Source of the DNA: an uncultured Gammaproteobacteria bacterium
GTDB taxonomy: Bacteria; Patescibacteriota; Microgenomatia; UBA12405; JAHJSD01
Length of the DNA: 64,000 bases
Direction: 5' to 3'
Assembly: GCA_964498425.1 (NCBI GenBank)
Contig: CAZCGQ010000001.1
Span: forward strand, 163,063 to 227,062
Shown here: one piece after another, positions 17,532-26,337 of the stretch
How positions within the stretch are numbered: the stretch's first letter is position 1
Layout of the letters: each line of letters opens with the position of its first letter
The notes under the pieces: generated by a model
What the model saw: the letters and a program-made list of their open reading frames with translations, nothing else
What the model was told of the DNA's origin: nothing
Database searches by the model: none
Position numbers and translations under genes: made by a program

Positions 17532-20477
17532 GTGTTAGAATTGGCCATGGCAAGAATTGATGAGATTGTCTTGAACAAGGAGCAAAAAGAAGCCGTTCAC
17601 TATCAAAAGGGCCCATTGTTAATAATAGCTGGTGCCGGAACAGGAAAAACAACCGTCATCACCGAAAGAATCAAATGGTTGGTTACTGAAAAGGGGCTAA
17701 ATCCTTCACAAATTCTCGCCCTCACCTTTACTGAAAAAGCGGCTAAAGAAATGGAAGAGAGGGTCGACCAGGCCATGCCCCTTGGCTATGCTCAATATTG
17801 GATTTCCACCTTTCATTCCTTTGGCGACCGGATTCTTCGGGATAATGCCCATCATATCGGCCTTAATCCAAACTTTAAATTAATGAGTGAAGCAGAATCT
17901 GTTCTATTTCTTCGACAAAACATGTATGAACTAGACTTGAATTATTTCCGGCCTGTTTCTAATCCGAACAAATTTTTAGGCGGAATTATTTCCCACTTTT
18001 CCCGACTTCACGACGAAGACATCTCGCCAAAGCAGTATTTGGAATATGCTAAAAAGAAATCCAAAAAAGCTAATAGCGAAGAAACGGAATTAGACGCGGC
18101 CAAAACAATGGAGCTGGCCAAAACCTACAAGAAATATCAATCGATTAAACATAAAGCTGGCTTTTTCGATTTTGCTGATTTAATAACCTCCACTTTAAAA
18201 CTTTTTCGTCAACGGCCAAATGTTCTTAAGGAATACAAATCCAAATTCAAGTTTGTTCTTGTCGATGAGTTTCAAGACACAAACATCGCTCAATATGAAT
18301 TAATCAAACTTCTTGCCCCACCAGACGAAAAACCAAATTTAACCGTCACTGGAGATGACAGCCAATCCATCTACAAATTTCGGGGGGCAGCCATCTCCAA
18401 TATTTTGTCATTCAGAGAAGATTACCACGACCCAAAAACCGTTGTCTTGACCAACAACTATCGATCCTCTCAAACTATTCTTGATCACGCCTACCAGTTA
18501 ATTCAAAAGAATAATCCTGATACCTTGGAATCTAAACTGGGTATTTCCAAAAACTTATCCAGCACTAGAAAAAATATCAACCAAGAAATCGGTTTATTTT
18601 TCCCCAAAACCGGCGAGGACGAAGCGGAATCAATTGTTCGAGAAATCGAACAATTGATCGCTAAAGGCTCAGGGCCTAAAGCTCAAGGCTATGAATACAA
18701 AGATGTGGCGATACTTGTTCGGGCCAACAACCATTCTCAGCCCTTTACCCGCGCCTTAGTTCGTCATGGTATTCCGTACCAATTTTTAGGACCAGGTAAA
18801 CTTTTTCGTCAACCAGAAATTAAAAATCTAATTGCTTATTTAAAAATCCTCATTAACCCGGCTGATGATATTGCCTTTTTTAAAGTTGCTTCAATGCCAA
18901 TTTTTAACATTTCCGCTCGAGATTTAGCCTTTCTGAGAAGCAAAGCCAAAAAGGAAAATTTATCGCTTTTAGAAGCGGCTGAAAATGAAAAAATGGAAAA
19001 TGAAAAAATGGAAAAATTTGTGGAGATGTACCATCGACATCTTGATCTTCTTTCTCAAGAAACTGGCGGACAAATTCTCTATTATTTCGTTGAAGACAGC
19101 GGCTGGCTAAAGTCACTCCTAAAACCTTCAACGGAAACCGAACACCAGCAGTCACTAAATTTAGCTAAATTTTTTGATCGGGTTAAAAATTTTGAAACCG
19201 ACAACGAGGAGGCAACTGCCTTTCATCTCCTTGATTGGATAACTCTTCGCCTAGAAATGGGCGAAAGCCCAACCGCCTCAGAAACGGATTGGACAGAAAA
19301 TAATGCCGTTAACATTTTAACTGTTCACTCCGCTAAGGGCTTAGAATTTCCAGTCGTTTTCATGGTAAATTTGGTTAACCGGCGGTTCCCAACCACCAAT
19401 CGTCGCGAAAAAATTCCCCTTCCCCAGCCCTTAATTAAAGAACACCTCCCGGAAGGCGACCCACATGAACAAGAAGAACGACGCCTTTTCTATGTCGGGA
19501 TGACCCGGGCAATGGATCAACTATATTTCAGTGGAGCAAAATATTACGGCGACGCTAAACGCCAAAAAAAACTATCCCCCTTTGTTTATGAATCCCTTGG
19601 AAAAGAAACAGCAGAAAAATTAATTTCTTCCTCCGAAACTCAAGCCTCTAGCGAGCAATCCCCATTATTTTCTTGGAAAAAACCGGAAGAAAAAAGCCAA
19701 CCGCCAAAATTGAGCCAAACCATTAACTACTTATCTTATTCCCAAATGGATTCTTTTGGAATATGTCCACTTCAGTATAAGTACAAATACCTTCTTCGCC
19801 TACCTTCACCGCCATCTCCAGCCCAAACAATAGGGAGTGTTATCCATCAAACTCTCAAGGAATTTTACCAACGGCAGATGACAGCAAAAAAGAAATTTGA
19901 CCAAAATAAAATGGCGTCAATTTTAATGGAAAATTGGTCCTCAAACGGTTTTGACAATAAAACCCAAGAGAAAGAAGCAAAAGAAGAAGCACTAGAAATG
20001 TTAACTAACTATTACCAACAAGAGTTAACTGACGAACCTCTACCAAATGTTGCCGCTTTAGAAAAGCCATTCAGCTTAAAAATCAGCCAGCAACTAAAAA
20101 TTGGTGGAATAATTGACCGAGCCGACATTTTGGATAACGGAGAAGTAGAAATCATCGATTATAAAACCGGCAGTCGGATCCCAAATCAAAAGGCTGTCGA
20201 TAATAATGACCAGCTGACACTTTACGCCCTAGCCGTTAGTTTAGCTGAAAATTTTCCTTGGCACCGGCCAATCGATAAGATTAAACTGAGTCTGTATTTT
20301 CTTAGAGAAGGAGTTAAGCTTTCCAGCCGACGGACAAAAGAAGAAGCCGAAGAAATAAAACAAAAAATTATTGATACCGCTAAAGAAATTGAACAAAGCA
20401 ATTTCCCGCCTGATCCTGGCATACCCTTTCCTTGCAACTGGTGTGAGTATAAGCTCCTCTGCGACGCCTGGGAATAA
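17532..20477 (+). CDS. UvrD/PcrA-family helicase fused to a C-terminal PD-(D/E)XK (Cas4/AddB-like) nuclease domain with a 4-Cys Fe-S cluster
   Basis: Helicase motifs (AGAGTGKTT, the DEFQDT Walker B, and TVHSAKGLEFPVV). C-terminal motifs: CPLQYKYKYL, IDRADILDNGEVEIIDYKTG and CNWCEYKLLC. Confidence 0.8.
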   Translation: MLELAMARIDEIVLNKEQKEAVHYQKGPLLIIAGAGTGKTTVITERIKWLVTEKGLNPSQILALTFTEKAAKEMEERVDQAMPLGYAQYWISTFHSFGDRILRDNAHHIGLNPNFKLMSEAESVLFLRQNMYELDLNYFRPVSNPNKFLGGIISHFSRLHDEDISPKQYLEYAKKKSKKANSEETELDAAKTMELAKTYKKYQSIKHKAGFFDFADLITSTLKLFRQRPNVLKEYKSKFKFVLVDEFQDTNIAQYELIKLLAPPDEKPNLTVTGDDSQSIYKFRGAAISNILSFREDYHDPKTVVLTNNYRSSQTILDHAYQLIQKNNPDTLESKLGISKNLSSTRKNINQEIGLFFPKTGEDEAESIVREIEQLIAKGSGPKAQGYEYKDVAILVRANNHSQPFTRALVRHGIPYQFLGPGKLFRQPEIKNLIAYLKILINPADDIAFFKVASMPIFNISARDLAFLRSKAKKENLSLLEAAENEKMENEKMEKFVEMYHRHLDLLSQETGGQILYYFVEDSGWLKSLLKPSTETEHQQSLNLAKFFDRVKNFETDNEEATAFHLLDWITLRLEMGESPTASETDWTENNAVNILTVHSAKGLEFPVVFMVNLVNRRFPTTNRREKIPLPQPLIKEHLPEGDPHEQEERRLFYVGMTRAMDQLYFSGAKYYGDAKRQKKLSPFVYESLGKETAEKLISSSETQASSEQSPLFSWKKPEEKSQPPKLSQTINYLSYSQMDSFGICPLQYKYKYLLRLPSPPSPAQTIGSVIHQTLKEFYQRQMTAKKKFDQNKMASILMENWSSNGFDNKTQEKEAKEEALEMLTNYYQQELTDEPLPNVAALEKPFSLKISQQLKIGGIIDRADILDNGEVEIIDYKTGSRIPNQKAVDNNDQLTLYALAVSLAENFPWHRPIDKIKLSLYFLREGVKLSSRRTKEEAEEIKQKIIDTAKEIEQSNFPPDPGIPFPCNWCEYKLLCDAWE

Positions 20478-20479
20478 TG

Positions 20480-20552
20480 TGCGCTCGAGAGGATTCGAAC
20501 CTCTGACATTCCGCTTAAGAGGCGGATGCTCTGCCACTGAGCTACGAGCGCC
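20480..20552 (-). tRNA. tRNA-Lys (anticodon CTT)
   Basis: The reverse complement folds as a cloverleaf: acceptor GCGCUCG/CGAGCGC, D-arm GCUCAGUGGCAGAGC, anticodon loop cuCUUaa, T-arm GAGGUUCGAAUCCUC. CCA is not encoded. Confidence 0.85.
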
Positions 20553-20708
20553 TATATTTTTTTGCTCGAAGTTGAGCCACTGTCAGCCAAAGGCTGATGG
20601 GCCTCTGGCCCAAGCTACGAGCGCAAGTGTGGCAATTATATCAAATCTACCGCAATCAATAAATCTATTACAACAATAACTCACGATCGGGAGTAATTGT
20701 TGACAGGT

Positions 20709-21653
20709 TTAGGTGAGGAGGGATTTGAGGTTTTGGATGGAGTCGTAGTCATGAATAGATACAGGAATTACCTTTTCAGACAAATCTGCTAGTAATTTCC
20801 GTTTTTCATTAATTTTTTTTTCATCAACTAAGTCCGTTTTGGTTAGTAAAATGATTTCCTTTTTTTCTAGAAGTTTTGGATTAAACTTTTCTAACTCTTG
20901 ACGAATAGTATGATAATCTTCAGTTGGAGTACCAGACTCGGCGGAAACACAATGAAGTAAAATCGGTACCTTTTCAATGTGTTTAAGAAATTTAACCCCT
21001 AATCCTCTACCTTGAGAAGCACCTTCAATTAAGCCTGGAATATCAGCAATTATCTTGCCGTTTAGAGCCCCAAGGTTTGGTTCAAGAGTAGTAAAGTGAT
21101 AAGCTGCTGTTTTTACATGCGCTTTGGTTAACTCATTAAGCAAGCTGCTTTTACCAACGCTGGGTAACCCAATTAAGCCGTAATCAGCAATTAACCGCAA
21201 AACAACATGAATTCTTCTAGACTCACCCGGTTGTCCTTTTTCTGCCTCTTTTGGACTGGTATTAACTGATGAACGAAGTTCAAAGTTACCCCGACCGCCG
21301 CGACCGCCTTGACAAATTAATTCTTTTTGGCCAACTTTCTCAATTTCTAATGCTTCCCCAGTTTCTTTATCAATAAGAAGTGAGGCTACCGGCAGTTCCA
21401 AAATCAAATCTTCGCCGGATTTTCCCGTCTTTTTATTTCTACCTCCTGGCCGACTATCTTCCGCCTTATACCATTTATTAGGTGCATACCGCTTTAAAGC
21501 CATAATGTCTCCAATACCTACTCCATAAACATCTCCGCCATCCCCACCGTCTCCACCATCCGGCCCAGAACCTGGCCTTTTGCCAAAGGAAACCGCTCCA
21601 TCTCCGCCGTCTCCGGCCTTAACCTTAATATCAAGTTCATCAATTAATGCCAT
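20709..21653 (-). CDS. obg: GTPase Obg (Obg fold + G domain; no C-terminal OCT/TGS domain)
   Basis: Gly-rich Obg N-domain (GDGGDGAVSF...DGGDGGDGGDV) and G motifs (GLPSVGKSSLL, DIPGLIEGA, TKTD). Confidence 0.9.
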   Translation of the reverse strand: MALIDELDIKVKAGDGGDGAVSFGKRPGSGPDGGDGGDGGDVYGVGIGDIMALKRYAPNKWYKAEDSRPGGRNKKTGKSGEDLILELPVASLLIDKETGEALEIEKVGQKELICQGGRGGRGNFELRSSVNTSPKEAEKGQPGESRRIHVVLRLIADYGLIGLPSVGKSSLLNELTKAHVKTAAYHFTTLEPNLGALNGKIIADIPGLIEGASQGRGLGVKFLKHIEKVPILLHCVSAESGTPTEDYHTIRQELEKFNPKLLEKKEIILLTKTDLVDEKKINEKRKLLADLSEKVIPVSIHDYDSIQNLKSLLT

Positions 21654-21696
21654 ACTATATTATACATGTGCTAAAATAACCGATAACTTTATATAT

Positions 21697-23163
21697 ATGA
21701 AAGATGAGCGTAAGGCCTTACTATTAAGCGGGCCTCAATACATTAATCATAGAAGACCGATGAGCAGTCTAGCCAAAAGACGCTTAATGCATTTGGATCC
21801 TCTATCCGTCGGCATACTTAGTGCTCGACTCAAAAATCATGATTATCAAACCCGTTATCAGGTTATAACCCCAAATAAGGAAGAAAGGCTTCAACCAGCA
21901 ATTAAATGGGCTGACGATGTTTTTATATCTGCTAGACATTTTGACACTACCCCGGCTCAAGAGATAATCTCTCTAGCTAATTGTTTCGGAAAAAGAACCA
22001 TTGTTGGTGGATATGGCCCAACTTTTAATCCCAATTCCTTTGAAGACGCTACTGTTCGAGTATACGGAGAAGCAGAACCAATTTTGGATATAATGATTGA
22101 TGACCTGCGGTCAAATAAAGAAGAAGCGGAATACGACACTAGAAACCTGCCTCCCTTTAACTTAACCGATTACGTTCATCCCGACCGAACGATTTATTCA
22201 TTACCCAAAGTTGGGCCTCGTCTTCACCCATTCGAAACTCAACGAGGTTGCCCAAACGCTTGTTCTTTTTGCTCACCTACTCGACTGCAAAAAAGAAGCC
22301 CCGAAGGAGTCAGAACTAGACCAATTCGGGGAATAATTGAAGAAATTGAGTCAATGCATTTAAACCGCGCTGATCATATTTTTTTCGTTGACCTAAATAC
22401 AATGTCAATTCCCCCAGAAAAACTCCGCGAATTACTTAGTTATCTAAAATCAAAAGAAATCAACTGGTATACGGAAGGAACTGTTAGTCAACTTATTGAT
22501 GAATCGGAATCAGCTGCCAAACTCTTAAAACTAATGTCCCCTTTAAACGGTGGTGGTGGCTGTTATGAATTCCTGTACGGAGCTGACGACCTAGCTCTAG
22601 AAAAACCCAAAGGGTCAAAAGACAAGAAACGATCTGCAATTAAAAAAGCTGTTAACGTTTTTAGGAAACACGGAATTGCCTTAAACTTATCCGTTGTAGT
22701 CGGTCTTGATCACCACCAATATCCAGAAACCTTTTATCAAATCGCTAATACAGTTAGAGAAGCTCGACCGTCCTACACGTTTTTTCATATTGCTACACCG
22801 TATTTAGGTACACCATGGGGGGAAACAGTTTATCGTGATGGGCGAGTATTTGAAGAAGACACAACAAAATTTAATCATCAACAAGTCATTGCTCAACCAG
22901 AATTAATGACAGTTGAAGAACTAGAACAAGGATACATTTGGCTGAAAAGACAATTCTATCGACCTGAATCAATCTATCAAACGGCAAAAGAACATTTTAA
23001 CCCGACTGCAATGAGGCAAGATCCAGTGCTTTTAGGACCAATTCTAACAGGATTGCCTTGGGCGATGGAAACCTGGCTTGGTCTTCAAGAACTGGCAGCT
23101 AGAGGTTACATTAGATGGCCGGTTCAAAAGGAACTTGACCACGGCTATCAAAGTTGGCAATAA
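21697..23163 (+). CDS. Radical SAM enzyme (likely B12-binding-domain class B)
   Basis: CPNACSFCSP is a CxxxCxxC motif. An N-terminal Rossmann-like region precedes it. The start is set at MKDERK (21697), because the upstream part of the listed ORF overlaps obg. Confidence 0.65.
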   Translation: MKDERKALLLSGPQYINHRRPMSSLAKRRLMHLDPLSVGILSARLKNHDYQTRYQVITPNKEERLQPAIKWADDVFISARHFDTTPAQEIISLANCFGKRTIVGGYGPTFNPNSFEDATVRVYGEAEPILDIMIDDLRSNKEEAEYDTRNLPPFNLTDYVHPDRTIYSLPKVGPRLHPFETQRGCPNACSFCSPTRLQKRSPEGVRTRPIRGIIEEIESMHLNRADHIFFVDLNTMSIPPEKLRELLSYLKSKEINWYTEGTVSQLIDESESAAKLLKLMSPLNGGGGCYEFLYGADDLALEKPKGSKDKKRSAIKKAVNVFRKHGIALNLSVVVGLDHHQYPETFYQIANTVREARPSYTFFHIATPYLGTPWGETVYRDGRVFEEDTTKFNHQQVIAQPELMTVEELEQGYIWLKRQFYRPESIYQTAKEHFNPTAMRQDPVLLGPILTGLPWAMETWLGLQELAARGYIRWPVQKELDHGYQSWQ

Positions 23164-23170
23164 GTTTTAT

Positions 23171-24226
23171 TCAGAAAGGCAATTTGGATTTTAGCCGAAG
23201 CCACTGCCAACGAAGCTTATTCGCTGTCTGAACTCCTTGATAAAGAAGGGGATTAACAACCAAATCCCAACTACCGACAAATTCAACTAAATCCCCACCA
23301 TACCCCCGCTTAAAGCGATGGAAGCCATACCAATCATCACTTTTGTCTGGTTCTGGTCCCAAGCTTCCCCACATATCAAACTGTTGACAACCAAGTTTTT
23401 TGCCTAACTTAATTGCTTCCCAACAAATCAAATTGGAAGCCATAACATCCCGGTGCTTTGATGAAGAAGCACCGTAGGGATAAAAAATTCTATCCTGATA
23501 GGTTAAAAGCAGCCAAGCAGCCAAAACTTCGCCTTCATATTCCCCCAGAAGAATGTGAACCATCTTTAAAGGAGATAAAGTCTTCCAAAGCTGTTTAAAG
23601 TAGTTTTCATCATGCATGTAAAAACCCTGACGCCGCATTGTTTTCAAAAGCAATTTAATAAACGTTTCCAAACCCTCTTCGTCAGTTTCTTCGTAAACCC
23701 TAACCCCTTTACGCTCAGCTAAACGCACGTTATACCTCGTCTTCCGATGCATATCTTTCATAATCTTTTCTTCCGGTGTCTGCAAATCTAAAAGAAAGGT
23801 ATAAGTAGCAAATAATTTCTTTTTTGCTTCTTGCAAACCAAGTTTAGATAAATCTTCGGGTTGATCAATTTTAGGCGGCTGTTTAATTGTCCCCTTTTTA
23901 TTTTGCCAACGTCGCACAACGTGATCAGGTTCAATTAAAAGATAAACTATGTTCTCTTCCTCGGCTAAATCTTTCAAGGCGGAAACAATTTCCTTGCTTG
24001 GCAAACTACTTTTCAACAGCTGGCCTACTCGATAATCAAGCTTAGGAATTTCTCTGGTTAAAACTTGATACCCGTCAATTAATTCCCCCTGGTCATAAAC
24101 CCCTAACCTGACTGCCTTCATTCCAATCCGTTCTTTGAAGTCACCCCACTGCCAAGACTGCAGTGGATGATTAACTACCTGATTAAATTTTTCTTTTTCT
24201 TCCGACTTTACTTTTCGAATAAGCAT
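23171..24226 (-). CDS. FemAB-family aminoacyl-tRNA-dependent peptidyltransferase-like protein (peptidoglycan interpeptide bridge)
   Basis: A QSWQWGDF motif near the N-terminus and a two-GNAT-fold length, consistent with the FemX/FemAB family (PF02388). Confidence 0.5.
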   Translation of the reverse strand: MLIRKVKSEEKEKFNQVVNHPLQSWQWGDFKERIGMKAVRLGVYDQGELIDGYQVLTREIPKLDYRVGQLLKSSLPSKEIVSALKDLAEEENIVYLLIEPDHVVRRWQNKKGTIKQPPKIDQPEDLSKLGLQEAKKKLFATYTFLLDLQTPEEKIMKDMHRKTRYNVRLAERKGVRVYEETDEEGLETFIKLLLKTMRRQGFYMHDENYFKQLWKTLSPLKMVHILLGEYEGEVLAAWLLLTYQDRIFYPYGASSSKHRDVMASNLICWEAIKLGKKLGCQQFDMWGSLGPEPDKSDDWYGFHRFKRGYGGDLVEFVGSWDLVVNPLLYQGVQTANKLRWQWLRLKSKLPF

Positions 24227-24338
24227 TGAATTAGCGACTAGCGATTAGTGACTGGCGTATAGTGACAAATCAATAATAATACTATTATAGTACATTAAGC
24301 CTAGCCACAAACCACTAACACCTAGCACCTATTAACTT

Positions 24339-26264
24339 TTACCATTCTTCCAACCAATCGTCATCGTCCCAATCCCAATCATCTAAACCCTCCTTCATTT
24401 CTTCTCGAATTACCAAATGATTTGGAATGTTTTCTAAAAACCGGGAAGGCGAATTGTAATTAGTTTTACCAAAATACAACCTCTTAGCGGCGTAAGTAAG
24501 ATAGAGAGAAGATTTTGCCCGAGTCATCCCAACATAACACAAACGCCGTTCTTCCTCCAGTTCCTCTTTATCCATCATACTTCGTGAATGCGGCAGCAAA
24601 CCTTCTTCCATTCCGGCAATAAAAACTGCCTGAAATTCCAGCCCTTTACTAGAATGAAGCGTCATTAGTCTTACCGCCTGATCAGCTGTGTCCTTTTTTC
24701 TCTTTTCCTGGACAGAGTATTCCTGCTGAACTAAAGCAACACTTTCTAAAAAGTCCTTTAAATCTGGAAACTGCTGAGCAACCGAGGACAGTTCACGAAT
24801 ATTCTCTAAACGCCGATAATCATCCTTGTCTTCTTGATTGTATTTGTCTAAATATCGACTGGCCGGCAAAATCCGATTAAGAACCTCTTCACTGGTATAT
24901 TGATTTGACCTATTTTCTTCAATAAATTCCCTAACCCGCCGCATACGCCTTACCCCCATATTTTTCTCAATCCTCTCCCAAGAAATTACATCATCAGGGT
25001 TATACCACACTCTGATTAAAGCTAGAACATCCTTGATTTCAGCTCGCTGATAAAATTTAACCCCTCCATACAAAATATAAGGCAAGCCGTGATGAATGAA
25101 AGCGTCTTCAAGTGTTCGGGATTGAGCATTGGTTCGATAAAGAACAGCAATTTCTTTGGGATCAATCTTATCCTCATTTATTAATTTTTTTATCTCTTCG
25201 ACAATGAAATTTGCCTCACCAGATTCGTCCTTGGCCTGATGAATAACTATCTTTTTACCAGATTTTTTTTCGGTGTATAGATTTAAAACCGGATGAAGTT
25301 CATTATAGGAAATAATTTTGTTGGCAGCATCAAGAATGGTTTGCGTTGAGCGATAATTCTGTTCTAAGTTTATTACAGTTGTTTCCGAAAAGTCCTTTTT
25401 GAGAGCAGACAAGTTACGATAGTCAGCTCCACGCCATGAATATATTGCTTGTGCGGCGTCACCAACCACCGTCAAGCTCTGATGCTTTCCTGCTAATAAC
25501 TTGGTCATAACGTATTGAGACTTATTCGTATCTTGATATTCATCAATAAGAATATGCTGAAATTTGCTCTGATATTTTCCTAATACTTCAGAATTTTCTT
25601 TCAACATTTTTACGGTTAAGTAAAGTAAATCTCCAAAATCCAAAGCATTAGCCTGACTCAATTTATCCTGATAATTTTTATAAACCAAACCAACATTTTC
25701 TTGCCATTGGTCACTGGCTGAATCTAGAAACACCTTCCAATCAATCAAATCATTCTTGGCGGAGTTTATTATTGAATTTAAAGCTTTAGGTCGATATTTT
25801 TTTTCGGGCAAATTTAGTTTCTTGATAATATTTTTCAATAAAGACAATTGGTCTTTTTGATCATAAATAACGAAGTTAGCTGACAACCCTACTCTTCTCC
25901 CTTCTCGTCGCAAAATGTATACCCCAAAAGAATGAAAGGTACCAGCGAAAAGATTAGGGGAACCAGACACCTCCGAGGTGGAATTATTTTCTCCTCGGAC
26001 GGTGTTTGCTAATAACTTTCCCAACCGCTCTTTCATTTCCCCGGCAGCTTTGTTAGTAAAGGTTAACAAGAGCAAACCACCATTTTTTACCCTACCATTA
26101 GCTAAAAGCCAAGCCACTCGGTGGGTTAAAACTCGGGTCTTCCCACTTCCCGCCCCGGCTAAAACTAAAAGCGGCCCTTTGCCGTCAAAAGTTACTGCCT
26201 GCTGTTGATCCTCGTTTAAATCTCTTAATAATTCCTCCATAGCAACATCAATTGTAGCAAACAT
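24339..26264 (-). CDS. pcrA: ATP-dependent DNA helicase UvrD/PcrA
   Basis: LNEDQQQAV...LAGAGSGKTRVLTHR, DEYQDTN and VGMTRAK motifs. Acidic W/D-rich tail. Confidence 0.88.
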   Translation of the reverse strand: MFATIDVAMEELLRDLNEDQQQAVTFDGKGPLLVLAGAGSGKTRVLTHRVAWLLANGRVKNGGLLLLTFTNKAAGEMKERLGKLLANTVRGENNSTSEVSGSPNLFAGTFHSFGVYILRREGRRVGLSANFVIYDQKDQLSLLKNIIKKLNLPEKKYRPKALNSIINSAKNDLIDWKVFLDSASDQWQENVGLVYKNYQDKLSQANALDFGDLLYLTVKMLKENSEVLGKYQSKFQHILIDEYQDTNKSQYVMTKLLAGKHQSLTVVGDAAQAIYSWRGADYRNLSALKKDFSETTVINLEQNYRSTQTILDAANKIISYNELHPVLNLYTEKKSGKKIVIHQAKDESGEANFIVEEIKKLINEDKIDPKEIAVLYRTNAQSRTLEDAFIHHGLPYILYGGVKFYQRAEIKDVLALIRVWYNPDDVISWERIEKNMGVRRMRRVREFIEENRSNQYTSEEVLNRILPASRYLDKYNQEDKDDYRRLENIRELSSVAQQFPDLKDFLESVALVQQEYSVQEKRKKDTADQAVRLMTLHSSKGLEFQAVFIAGMEEGLLPHSRSMMDKEELEEERRLCYVGMTRAKSSLYLTYAAKRLYFGKTNYNSPSRFLENIPNHLVIREEMKEGLDDWDWDDDDWLEEW

Positions 26265-26293
26265 AAATACTGGTCGGTTGCTAATTGATTATT

Positions 26294-26321
26294 GTAGGGA
26301 CAATCCTAGGATTGTCCCTAC
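26294..26321. repeat. 28-bp perfect palindrome GTAGGGACAATCCTAGGATTGTCCCTAC (copy 2)
   Basis: Identical to copy 1. Lies between the YYY-GT stop and the pcrA start. Confidence 0.8.
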
Positions 26322-26337
26322 TGATGAAAAATATTTT

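Noticed and set aside
21580-21696. Upstream extension of the radical-SAM ORF (MPKETAPSPP...)
   Set aside because: The extension is antisense to the 5' part of obg. A Met at 21697 with an AT-rich upstream region gives a non-overlapping divergent arrangement.
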